Shown: positions 1-11,059 of the stretch, piece after piece
Numbering within the stretch: the stretch's first letter is position 1
How the letters are laid out: the number at the start of each line of letters is the position of its first letter
Origin: Klebsormidium nitens
Lineage: Eukaryota > Plantae > Klebsormidiophyceae
Assembly: GCA_000708835.1 (NCBI GenBank)
Contig: DF237117.1
Location: 1 to 64,000 of the forward strand
Length of the DNA stretch: 64,000 bases
Direction: 5' to 3'
The notes under the pieces: model-generated
Database searches by the model: none
The model's input: only the letters and a program-made list of their open reading frames with translations
What the model was told of the DNA's origin: nothing
Position numbers and translations under genes: made by a program

Positions 1-35
1 GCTCCGTCGGGACGACTCCGCCAGCTTGGGGGGAG

Positions 36-166
36 GGATCATGGATGATGTGTGTATGCCGTATGAGTGACCTGGAATGACGTATCATTTTCATTTTCGC
101 CGTTAGCCTGAGCGCCTCAGTCTGTCCACCGACATGATATCGCATCGACATAAGACCGCATGACAG
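36..166 (+). repeat. 131-bp direct repeat, copy 1
   Basis: Identical to 12516-12646 (GGATCATGGATGATG...GACCGCATGACAG). Confidence 0.95.
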
Positions 167-266
167 CTGTCACGCTGTATGGGCTCGTTGCTGTGACGGC
201 TCGGCTACACGTGCCAGTAATGCCTCATGCTAGTTACTAGAGCTTTCCGCCATTAGCCGCCGATTA

Positions 267-282
267 GGGATTTTTTGGACTC
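267..282 (+). repeat. Left terminal inverted repeat
   Basis: GGGATTTTTTGGACTC; with the flanking ATTA the match to the reverse complement of 11987-12006 is 20/20. Confidence 0.85.
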
Positions 283-677
283 TCCGGCGAGCTGGATAAC
301 CTATTTGCCGGGCGGAAATTTCGGGGAGGTTGGCACCGTCCGAAACAAGGATCCTCATACTTTTAGGATCCTAAGATTGAACGGCCGATTGGCAATAGAC
401 TGAGCTCATCGACGGCCCGGATTCTTAGAGGCAGTTGTTCCGCGGTAGTCACAGGCTCGGACCCGTAATTCGGTTTGCCCACGCCGGTGACGTTCTTTGG
501 CAAGGCGGCAAAAATTTCCTGGTCGCCGGAGGCTAGGGACAGAAGACGAATCGCTGAGGTCGTTCCAGGCGACATGACCTTGACGCCATTCAAATTCAAG
601 CGATGGAGCCTAGATTCATTGCAATATCAACGCTCCTGTAGCCTTGCACTTCTTTCTTTAGGCTGGCGGCAAGCAAA

Positions 678-3287
678 ATGGCGTCTGCTCTCTCTGTGAA
701 ATCCTTTGAGGTTGCTCGAGGGCCAAAAAGCTTCATCGTATCAGTGGGCAGCGGAGTCAAGATCAAGGCTGCAAGAGGGGAAAAAGCAGGGGCATGGAAA
801 GGAGCCACCTTTTACATGTCTCGTGTCCTGGAGATCCTTGTGCGGAGGGGGAAAGTTCAGCTCACAGTGGAGCACCTCTACAAAAAGATAGAGCTTACAC
901 GAGATTTGGAGTTGAACGAGCTGCCCAAACAAGCCAAGGCAAATCAACTGTGGCCCAGTCCTTGCCAGGATACATATGATGTTGAAACAGTGCTAGATGT
1001 CTTCACAGTCTTTCATTACAAGACAATCGCCGCCTTATATCCTGGTCAGCTTCCAGCAGAGCTACTGAAAAGTGAAATCTATATGTATAATAGCCTCTAC
1101 AATCCCCTCCTAAAGAGCTTCTCCAAGGTCCCAAGTTTCCCTCCTGTTGATGCTCCTTATGAGTGGCCTTCTCTGGACAGCCACGTGTATGCTGGTTGTC
1201 TACTTACTTGGGCGTCTGAGATTCAGAAAAGCATGAGTACGACGCAGGGAGGCGGCCGTCAATCTATTAAAGTGTCCCTCCCTTTAGGTGGGCTGCCAGC
1301 AATAATGCAGCTCGGTTGGGAGCACCGGGCTGCCACAGCGTCCATTATCTTTGTTCCGCACAAGGCTGTTCTTGATGGGCTTCTTGGAAAGGGCTGGAAC
1401 GAGAAAGTCAACGGGCGAGGACTGGAAAGAGTTAAAGCGTGCATTGCATTTGAGAGCTTGAAGATCAGGTAAGCCTGCCATTGCGCAACCACCAAGCTTC
1501 TCTGCATTGGCAAATGCTTATGGCAATTCGGTGTGGCAGGCCTTGGTGGGGGCCAACTTGATTATTGAATGCTGCAGTACATGACTGGCCTGGGCCCCTT
1601 GCTTTCAATCTGCTCATTTTAGCAGATATGTTTGTAGTTTTCGCCAGTATCCATGCGTGCCATTCAAACCAATGTCTTGGGTGGAATCTGAGCTGCCGCT
1701 TGTATGTGACAGAGATGATGTTTTGAATTCCTATAGATTGTGTTTGCTGGAGGAAACTCAGCAGGAAAATGGCTCGTAGGCTCACACCGCCGATTTGAAT
1801 GCACATGCCTTCTCTCCTTGGGCTAAGCACCAGTTTGGAGTATCTCTAGCAATCAGCAAGAACAGCAGCTTTTCCTCAAGAGCGCTGCTGCACAGCAGTT
1901 TCGCTGAATGTCTTTTGCTTGTTGGTCCTTGCAGGTATCACTACGCACGGCAGTGCATTCTCATGACGTGGCACTACCAGCGCTTCATGTGGAATAGGAG
2001 GGAAGAGGAATGGATTGCCCTTGACCTGAACCCGCAGACTGTGTGTGAGTTGGACAGACTCTCGGTGCTCACCACTTTCAAACAATTCTTTATCCTTCAA
2101 TTCTGATTGCGTTTCTCGCTGAGAGATCAGGGTCTGTCTTTACAGACCAGCGCCATGAGCATGTTGCTTGATCCGTTTGGAATCTGGACATTGCCCAATT
2201 GGTATTGGTGTACTTTGGGAAAGCTGGTTATGGTTTTGTGGTTATTCTACAAGATTGCTCATCTAAGTGGACCTGGGCAGCTTAGTCGTTCGTAGAGTAC
2301 CTGAGAAATTGGTCAGGCATGGTTTCAAGTTGTAAGAACAGCCTTTCTAGAGTGCCACTCTTTCTATGCTCCGAGGGTGCAGGTCTGTATAGGGTTTTCA
2401 ATAAAGATTCAACATGTATCACAGAGTACAGACAGCAGCGGGAACTTGAAGTTCCAACCATGCCGTGCAAGTTCTGGCCACGCCGCGGAGTTTCTGTGAA
2501 GTGCTATAGTTGCTCGGATAGTAACCATGAATGCCCCTTTGTTGCGTCTGCAGCATTTGAACAGGAACATACTTGTTGTGCCGCCTGGCAACAATCACAG
2601 ATTCATTTCGAGAAGCAAAGTTGACGGGTCAGTTCGTGCTTGCTAACGAAAGTGCTCCTTCATGCAGTGCAACGCAAGGAGATTACCCTTCAAGTGTACC
2701 TTGATGGAGAAGAGCATCTTGGGGAGGTCAGAGTTGAGGCCAAAGACAACCTCTCCGATGTTCGGGTGGCCATCATCACCCAATTAGTCGGCATTGCTCC
2801 GCAGAAGTTCAATTTCTTCACCGAATATAAGCACGAGCAATTTTCCAAGGTAGGTTTCTTTTTCGTTGCAGGTTCAGGTCACCATTGATTCTCAAGTGCA
2901 CGGAAGCCAATTTGATCCAGCCTGTCCTCTTGCACACGTGGAAGGCTGTCTTGAACTTGTATTGCTGGTCCGCTTGACATTTGCAATCATTCAAATTTCG
3001 TAAGCCTGTATAGGGACAAAAGATTCATCTGCATTGACAAAAAGTCGTTCCTGACCCGCTTTCAAAAATACCTTTCGTAGGCTCTCGTTGGTAAAGCTGC
3101 CGCTTTCAAAGAAACAAACTGTTTTTTACAGATCCAGTCCCGGTTCGAGAAAAGGTACTCGGTGAAGAAGTTCCTTCTGGACGAAGACGATGGAGAGATC
3201 ATCATAGACAAGCAGGTAAATGGCACAATTGTACTCCGTCTGTTTCATCTGACAGATTTCAATCGCGTTCAACTTGCCCGTTTCTGA
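678..3287 (+). CDS. Transposon second gene, unknown function, with a C-terminal ubiquitin-like (beta-grasp) domain
   Basis: Exons 678-1468, 1935-2044, 2383-~2520, ~2668-2849, 3132-3287 (or spliced at 3215). Junctions at 1468/1935, 2044/2383 and 2849/3132 are GT-AG and phase-compatible; the exon 3/4 junction is uncertain. The C-terminus ITLQVYLDGEEHLGEVRVEAKDNLSDVRVAI...KFNFF has a beta-beta-alpha-beta ubiquitin-like pattern (by eye). Confidence 0.65.
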
Positions 3288-4360
3288 ATCGACGACAGCA
3301 TCCTACAGTCGATTTCTGGTTGAAAGTGAATTGCACCGTGCATGCGCAGCTTCTGAGATGTCTCTCTCTGCAAATTCTGTTCTTATCTGATCACAGCGGC
3401 CCTCTAAACCATTTATTCATTGTAGAGATCAGCGCAATTGGTTCGTGTGCAGGACCCCCCTCCAACGAATTTTGACGACTTGATGAACATCTTATGATTC
3501 CTCGAAGGCATTGCTTAGCAACACTTGGCTGCGGTGTGTCTATTGTGTATCGAATCTGTAAATATATGGTCCTTGTCGGGAGCCGTGTTAAAAGCCTTCT
3601 GGCAAATGGGAACGAACGTGCGGTGCGCTGGTATGAAAACTGGAAGCAGCGCAGCATGCATGACTTGCCTACAACTTCATATCATAATACTTTGTGCGTA
3701 CCGTCATAAATCTGAGATGATGATATAAAAGTTGTTACGTTAGCCTCCGGAAAAGGTGGATTGGATGTCAACAATTGCACGGTGCATCACTCGAACATTT
3801 CAATTCATGCATGACTCGCAGATATGGCTGATTTGAGAGGCCGCGCGGACGCGTTCGCGTCGAGATTGTTTCTCAAGGACTAGCTGCCATCCTATGAATC
3901 ATTGCGAGTACTTTCATCAATTGTCGAAGCCTTGATGCCACATGCATATATTGGATTTACGTAATTTTAGAAACAGGACCGGATAATTGACTCGAGATAT
4001 GTGGCCGCTGGTCAATCATATTAGCTTGCATGGCATGAGCGGCAAGGCGAGCTAGCCGATGAGTCGATCCGAGATATCGAACGAACCGACTGCATGAGAA
4101 AATGATTGAAAAACCTCGCCATACTAGTTTCCATGAGGAAAAAAGCGCGCCTCCCCCCCCGGTGACATGGACTCAGGGGGCGTTTAAAACGCCCCCCCTA
4201 GTTCCCTCCCTTCCCCTTCCCAAGCTTGCCCCGACCGTTCGGAATCATCCTCCTGACGAACCCGTCACAAGCGCACCCGGCCAGGATGCACGAGTAACGA
4301 CGAGCGAACCCGTGACGTCGACCCCACTTGTACCCGCGTACAGTCGTCCCTCCATCCCCT

Positions 4361-4444
4361 CGGCTGTGCTCGGGATCGAACCGAGAACAAACCGCTTAGT
4401 ATTATTGAAATACTAGCGGCTTGCTTGCCAAACTCTACACAGCC
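4361..4444 (-). ncRNA. tRNA-like element (pseudo-tRNA or head of a tRNA-derived Pol III unit/SINE), anticodon ambiguous (AGT-like)
   Basis: Minus strand: perfect 7-bp acceptor stem GGCTGTG/CACAGCC and perfect T-arm CTCGG-TTCGATC-CCGAG (B box). The anticodon hairpin CCGCT-AGTATT...AATACT-A-AGCGG is extended by an intron-sized insert, and the D-arm is degenerate. A T6 run lies downstream at 4139-4144. Confidence 0.55.
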
Positions 4445-4772
4445 ACAACTATCGGATACAATTTGGCATAATGCCATGATGCCAGTGCGGCTCGATTTGA
4501 CATATACCATACAATGAATTAATATTTCATGCACGTAATAATCGAAGGTACTGGATTGACTCCACGCGTGGAACTCTGTTGCATCCCAGGCTTTGTGCGG
4601 GCAAACAAAGCAGGCAAGCGCCCGCACTTGCAGTTCAAATATATATCGAGCTACACCTCTATAAATACACCCCTATAAATAACGACTCAAGTTGCTGCAA
4701 GCTATTCAAATTAGTTGCTACCTACATTTGACGAAGGGTCTCAGTCGAACCGCCTCAACCTTATGTACAGAG

Positions 4773-7700
4773 TCACTCGGACATCATTCTCAGTTGCTCA
4801 ATGAGCTCTTCTTTCTCCCTGTCTCTAATTCGCTCTTCCTCCAACAAACGGATCTCGTTTGCATCGAGCGCTTCCTCCCATGCATCAAGCTTTTCTGCCC
4901 GAGCCTCGATCTCTGCCGCATCCATGCAGTCCCCGTCCAGCTCTTCTTCTTCGCTGTCCCCCTCCATCTCGTCCGCGCGGCCTCCCGCATTGTCGGCATC
5001 GTCTGCGCCCCGGTCTGCATCGCCGTCCTCGGCCAAACCGTCACCATTGTCCGGATCCGGAGCATCACCTGCGGGCACACGCCGAACCCATCTCTTTCCG
5101 ACCCGATCGCAACTGGCGCGGAAGGCGGCACCGCCCTCAGCAGCATCCGAGCCTTTCCACGCCTGGCGCCTCCCCTCGGTCAGTGCTAAGCGCGCCTCCT
5201 TAGCCGCCTTCTTGGCAGCCTCTTGAGCTCGCCTCTGCTGCCGATGGTGGCGGTGGCGGTGCTCGAACTGGACGAGCTGAGCCAGCGGGTTGATCTTGTC
5301 GAAACCCCCACCGTGTTGCGTGTGATGGATGTACTCCCACTTCCATCGCCAGTTGGACTTCTCAATCCCCTGCAGACGCAACACGATTTGAGACACGAGC
5401 TTCACAGAAAATCTGAACCAAGTCTCCACAGCGGCCATGCCAGATATGCGACACTAAGCCTAATGACTTTTGCTCTCCTTCCGTTGGTCGAAGCAATGCG
5501 ACTTTGTTGAACCTGTCCGTAACTAGTGGTAATGGCTTTCATAGAAATGATGGAAACTTGGACCCCAAAGGGATCCGAATAAAGCCCAACATCTGACTCC
5601 AGAGTCCCTGAAAGCTACCACCAGCATCCTCAACCTAAGGTTCAAGCTAGAAACTGATCTCTCCCAACTCAGAACCGTACGCAGCATAGCACATACCTGT
5701 CCGTTCCAGGCGGCCAGACTTCCGTTTCCCAGGTGCCGGTTGTTGTTTATGAACCACCCGCCGTTGGTATACAGCGTAACCTGCACATGAAATGGAAGTG
5801 AGCACTCGAAAGATGGCCTCAAAACTAAGCGAAGGCTGCGCAGCCTAAACGATGCTGCACAATCTGGGTAGTTGACTGGCTTTAAGAGCATAAGATCTCA
5901 TGAACAGCCTCCTTGACTAGATTCTTAAACCTCTTGAGAGCGCCACGTCCAGAAACGTCTTTGAAGACGTCTCAAACAATGTGATCAGCGGCAAAACTTA
6001 CTGTACACTGAGCGGCCAAGTAAAGAAAAGCACCACGAAAGTTCAAGATTCACACAACCACGAGCGTTTCAGCTTGGAACGGAATGCCAAACTCACCATA
6101 TAGTGGGTCACCCCGGCCTCGCCAAAACAGTCCGTGAATTTCTCCAGGTACGTGTCGACCGCCTTGTCGTGCATGCCCGGATCGCTGCCCGTCGCAGCGC
6201 TGTACACGGGGTCACGCAAGAACGGCACGTACTTGTCGAAGGCCAACCACATCAGCACCATCTCCGCCCGCTTGTCAGCGTCCGGCTCGATGTTGACCAG
6301 CTGCGCCCAGACCTTCTGGGCAGTGATTCTCGCCACTGTGCCGCCGTTCATGCTGATCTTCTGCGGCTTGTTCCCCTTGCCCGCACGTGGATCCTGCACG
6401 ATCGTGCAGTGGCCCCCATGCACTCCGATGCTGCTGAGCACCGTCTCAATCCCTCGTAAGAGCCCGTCCCTCACCGCTGCCTTCTCGGGGGTGCTGCAGT
6501 CCATATTCCAGTAGCGTTGCACTTGTCGATGGAGGTTAACCTCTGCGAGGCGAGTGACTGCGTGGAGGGGGTCTAGGTGCCACCGCTCAAGGGGGATGGG
6601 GAGCAGACACCTGAACCCTGGGTCCTTGACGTCCCGGTCCGGTTTCTGACTTTGCTGCCCGTTACGCACTCCCCCAGGCCACTGCCCCTTCACCCGTTCG
6701 CGGACGCTGTAAATGTTGGGCTTGGTCGCATTCGCCCCGGGCTTGACATTGAAAAGAATTTTCAACGTCTTCAAATCGCACGACCCATGCCACTCCACCT
6801 GAAACTTCCCAACGCCCGGAACAACCAACGGCTCTCCCCGCTCATGCCGTTCGATTGCAGCATACAACATCGAGACCTCCTCACATGCCTCCCTGCCCAC
6901 GTCTAACCCCTTCCTGGGAACCCCCAGCGAGTTACGACCAGCCTCGACAGCCCGCTCCACATCTCTTACCCCCCCCCCTTCCCCAGCAAACCCGCCATCG
7001 GAGTACTCGCCTTGTTCCAAGTCCGTTCGTGCACTGGCTGCGGCCTCCCGAATTCTGCGCACCACCCCGTCACCAACCTCTGCATTTACCCCCCGACTCT
7101 CCCTCCCCTCGTCCTCCCTCCCTCTGATAGACTCTGCGGTCCCCCCCTCGGTTTCAGACGCTCCTTGCCCACCTTCTTGCCCCGCGACCTCGCCTCCAGT
7201 TCTCTCCGGGGCACGGCCTTCCTGCGTTGGCCTCCTCGCAGAAGCAGGGAGCAGACCCCTCCGTTGTCGCTTTCGAGCTGGCTGTAGTGGTGGATCCGCT
7301 CCTTCGGCGTCCACGGGCTGGCGCTCCCCTTCAGCAGCACCTGGCGGCAATGTCGAGGGTTCGGCTTCCGCTTGCGCCATCTCTGACGCCCGGGTTGGCG
7401 CGACGCGCAGTTTGGGGGGCACTCCGAGATGCCACTCAAGGGTGGCGCGGTCCTCCTTCTGGACCTGGAAAAATGAAAGCCCGTTTACGAATGCACGAAC
7501 TACTGAGATTTGCCCCTTGTATACGTTTGACTTCAATGGAGAGAACGTCAACCCTGCAGAGTTTCGAGGGGAAGGAACGCCACCACCATGGCATGCTCGC
7601 CCAGGGCATGCTCGGCCCCTCGCCGAAAGGACTTCTTTGCAGGGGGTAAAGTCTACTCCCAGAATCTGCCCCCAGATTTGAAGAACAAGATACCCCTCTT

Positions 7701-10700
7701 GCTTGGAACGGATGCTTCACAAACGTTCTAATTTCCTGGCCAACATCACTTACAAGGGGGTAGAGTTTGCCCCAAGAACCTAAACAGCCTAACCCTCCTA
7801 CCGGAAAGAAAGTGAAGAAGCAGAAAGAAAGAACGCAACATGTCTGACTAATGTGACTAATGTGCATACTGTCAACTTGAAACCTCTTGTCAGGCTCTAT
7901 CCCCAAAACGAACAAAACGAATAGGAGGGGCAATCAGTCTGTGCGAGCAGCTGCGCAAGTGCTGCTTGAAGGACAGGGAGACTTTATGCTGCTAGGGAGA
8001 CTTTATGCTGGTGGGGTTGCCCTTACAAGAAGCAAAGAAGAAGACGAGCTCGTCAAGTATGCACATCCTAGCATACACATTCAGGCACATCCTATGTGCT
8101 GCAGCTTACCTGAAAGGCTGTGAGCGTGTAGGTATCAAACTCGGACTGGATCTTGTACCCAGAAGTCTCGAGAAGCCTGGGGTCTTGTGCACCGTTCATC
8201 CCCACAACAACGCCTCTCTCAAGCTTGACGCCATTGCCAAACGCCGCCTCGTCCATCTTGTAGCACACAATCAGCTTCGGATGTTCTGAATACAAGCAAC
8301 GGAAAAAATGAGCATGTTGAAAACTGAATCTATTATGGTTGCAACAACACAGCAGAGCAAGACCGAGCACTCAGCCAATGGACACAAGAATAGAGCAGGA
8401 CTGAGCATCATTTGAGCCAATGGGCACCAGAATCCCGGCATAACAGCAAACCTCTGCCAAGATGCTCTGCCCTAGTCCACAAGTAAACCAGGCTTATCAT
8501 TGATTCAGTGCCACCACCAGATTCAGACACTTACCCACTGGATTGAGACCAAGATCCTTCACAATCTGCCGGAGGACGTTGTCAACGGGCACCCATATAT
8601 TGATGGGCATCTCCTCTGTAACCCACTTGCCCGCTTCATCTTTGACCTCCCGAGTGCCATGCCTCTCCACCAGCTGCCCTAATTCGTCCATAACCTGCAC
8701 GGCAGTCAATTGCGTACTATATTGCCACCCCTACATCAAACCAACCATCACTTGGACAGATCTGAGAGCAGGTGCAGGGTACAAGTATCGATGACTTTAT
8801 CAAGAAGGGCTCGGCAGCAGCAAATTGCTGGAATTATCGGGACTGGTCACAAGCAAATTAGCTTCTTTACGTTGGGACTACAGGATGGTTTCTCAAGTGG
8901 CTCTCCTCCAGAAGGCAAGTTGAAATCATAGATAAATCATTGGCCTCATTGGGAAAGACACAGTCACAGTATCTTGCTGAATGCAATCCGAGTGAAACTT
9001 GCTGCAAATGTATCGTTGCATTACCTGGCTGTTGATTTCCCTGCGCTTTGCAGCCACATGCGCAGGCTTGGGCAGGAGCGTGGGCTTGAAACCGGCACTC
9101 TTGGCTGCAGTAAAGAGCTCTTTGGCAACGCCGCTGTAAACCAAGAAGAGATTATGAGGGATCCAGATTATAAGAGATTGAGATATTCAGATTGAGAAGA
9201 TCATGAGAGATCTCAGTGCTAAGAAACTCTGGTGGACAAGGAACCCCAGAAAGTGGCCCAAAACTAAAGACCCAACTAGGAAGACAGATCCAAAACTCTG
9301 GTAACGAGCCAGTGCCTGCAATCTTCTAAACCTCGATGCACAACCAGCGGCAATCAGGTCGCACAAAGCCAAAGAGAAGTTGCGTCAAGACTTGAGCCAT
9401 CAGAAAGAACTTACCCATAAGTGCGGACTGTTCCCCCGGCCAGCTCAACCCCTGCAAGCGCGGCGGCCGTGGTAAGGTTGGCGCTGATTTTGTCCAGCGC
9501 TTCTTGTTGGACGTCCTTGCGAATGCCGTTGAACTTCGTGTTCTCCAGGGCTGCCTTGAGCTCCGTCCGAGTCGCCCACGTACCCAACCATTTTCCAAAG
9601 CGCTCTTGCTCCTCCCGGGTCCCCGAGAGAGGAAGCCTCCTCTCAGACAGCCGGTTATAGGCCTGGATGCGTGCCGTCTGCCTAGGCGCGAGAAGCATCC
9701 TGACAGAGAAGATATCAAGAGCGTATCACATATACAATGCATTTACACTTTGCTCAAATTGTCAACTAGACCTCAGCTTTTGCCTCAAAGCAAATCCTAT
9801 TGATTTGAAAGACAATATCTTGTTGCTATCTGAAGCTTGGTGCATTGTCTTCCTGCACACACAACCAGGACATCTTTGCCGGCTTCTCATGTTGACAAAA
9901 ATATGCTTTGCTTCTGATTCAACTGAAACAAAAACTCTATCATCTGCTACTATCATTCTGGTTCGACAATTCACTCTGATACGACACTTCAGAAGCAACC
10001 TCTTGACCGCAGCTGACGTTCAACAGCTTCCGATGCAGGCTTCATGATTTGAAAGTTGTTTTTAAGGCACAGAAGTCAGCCAGTACAGTATGATTCTAAG
10101 TTGCTTTAGGTCATGCATTTGAGCAGCCCTCAGCAATTACTCCACCTGGAAGATTCCAAATCGTTAGGGCTTTACCTTGCTTCCCTTCCACGGGCCATTG
10201 CAGGTCCACCATCAACGCGGAGATCATACACATCCTTGCTGTCCCGGCGGCGCAATTTGCCACCATTCCGCTGCAGCTTATTATTCCTTTTCCTGAGGAC
10301 CCTGTTCGTATGCCGCAAGTTACGATTTGTCCTCTTGCTCTCTTCATGGCGAGTGCCGAGCGCGTCTAGCTTCAACTTCAGCTTCGATGCTTCTGCATTG
10401 GCCTTAGCACACTTTGCAATAGTTGATTCTACTCTTTTCAGGTGCACTGCCTCTCGCCGCTCAACTTGAGCAACTCGTTGCTCCTGCTGCTCTACCTTCC
10501 TAAACAACTGGGCAATCGTTGGCTGAACCTGCTTGATGGCATCTACCTCTGTTTGCAGACCTTCAGCGCGATTGTGTAGGGCCCAGGAATAGGAATGGAA
10601 TCCATTGTTGTATCCATTGCCTAGGAACTCAAGGTACTGGGTCACGTTCTTGATCTCTGGATGCGAACCTGTTTCAGGGTTGACAGGGAGGGACTTGCCG

Positions 10701-11059
10701 TCAGCAAACACAGCCAATTGTTTTGTGCTTTTGCTTTGCCTAAGAGCTTCTAGCTGTTCTAGAGACAGTGCTTTAACATCTACAGCTGGCTTGAACCAAT
10801 CCTTCAGGGATGTTTGAAACTTGTAGGGTGGTTCGGCACCCTTCCTCGGCGTTGGGGTAGCAACTGGATTGGGAACACGAAATGGAGAAGGAGTTGTTGG
10901 AGAAAGGCTTGCAGAATGTTTTGGAACTGGGGAAAGAGGGACGCTAGCAGGTCTCCTAACAACAGCAGGACTGTGTAAGGTGTTTGGATCAAGCGTTGAA
11001 AGAAAACCAGCGGCTGGTTGCAAATTTCTAGCAATATTGAACATACTAGGGAATGCCAT
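4773..11059 (-). CDS. RAG1/Transib-like DDE transposase, 8 exons, ~1214 aa
   Basis: Exons 11059-10176, 9681-9415, 9133-9025, 8694-8535, 8285-8110, 7464-6097, 5780-5697, 5369-4773. All introns are GT-AG and phase-compatible; total 3645 nt, no internal stop. Motifs: LTTAAALAGVELAGGTVRTY (cf. RAG1 [20 protein letters not shown]), IVCYKMD (first D, 8251-8253), CDLK (second D, 6775-6777), DPLH (cf. DALH), VTHYM (cf. ITNYF), GSLAAWNGQ|GIE (cf. GSIGAWASEGNE; catalytic E at 5361-5363). Confidence 0.85.

Noticed and set aside
36-166. 131-bp repeats as LTRs of a retrotransposon (they end in ...TGACA)
   Set aside because: No primer-binding site after copy 1, no gag/RT/integrase between the copies, and the interior is explained by a TIR element.
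257-266. hAT (8-bp TSD), PIF/Harbinger (TWA TSD) or Kolobok/piggyBac (TTAA TSD) assignment
   Set aside because: The flanks give CCGCCGAT vs ATTAGTAT, TTA vs TAA, and ATTA vs TAAT. None is the required direct repeat, and the protein motifs do not fit these families.
267-300. TIR read as a recombination signal sequence (TTTTTTGG resembles the reverse nonamer)
   Set aside because: No CAC heptamer and no 12/23 spacer; the resemblance is a short T-run only.
4692-5510. Multiple overlapping plus-strand ORFs (similar sets at 6103-7649, 13137-13692 and 51388-51864)
   Set aside because: Antisense shadows of GC-rich coding exons on the minus strand.
7465-7551. First 29 codons of the 502-aa track ORF as the protein start
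   Set aside because: They lie in the intron upstream of the TTCCAG acceptor at 7465; the ORF is an internal exon.
7843-8460. Short tandem duplications in transposase introns (9, 19 and ~46 bp), with similar ones at 15830-15885, 18850-18897 and 38050-38100, considered as CRISPR-like arrays
   Set aside because: Two-copy head-to-tail duplications without unique spacers in a eukaryotic intron; ordinary slippage or duplication products.
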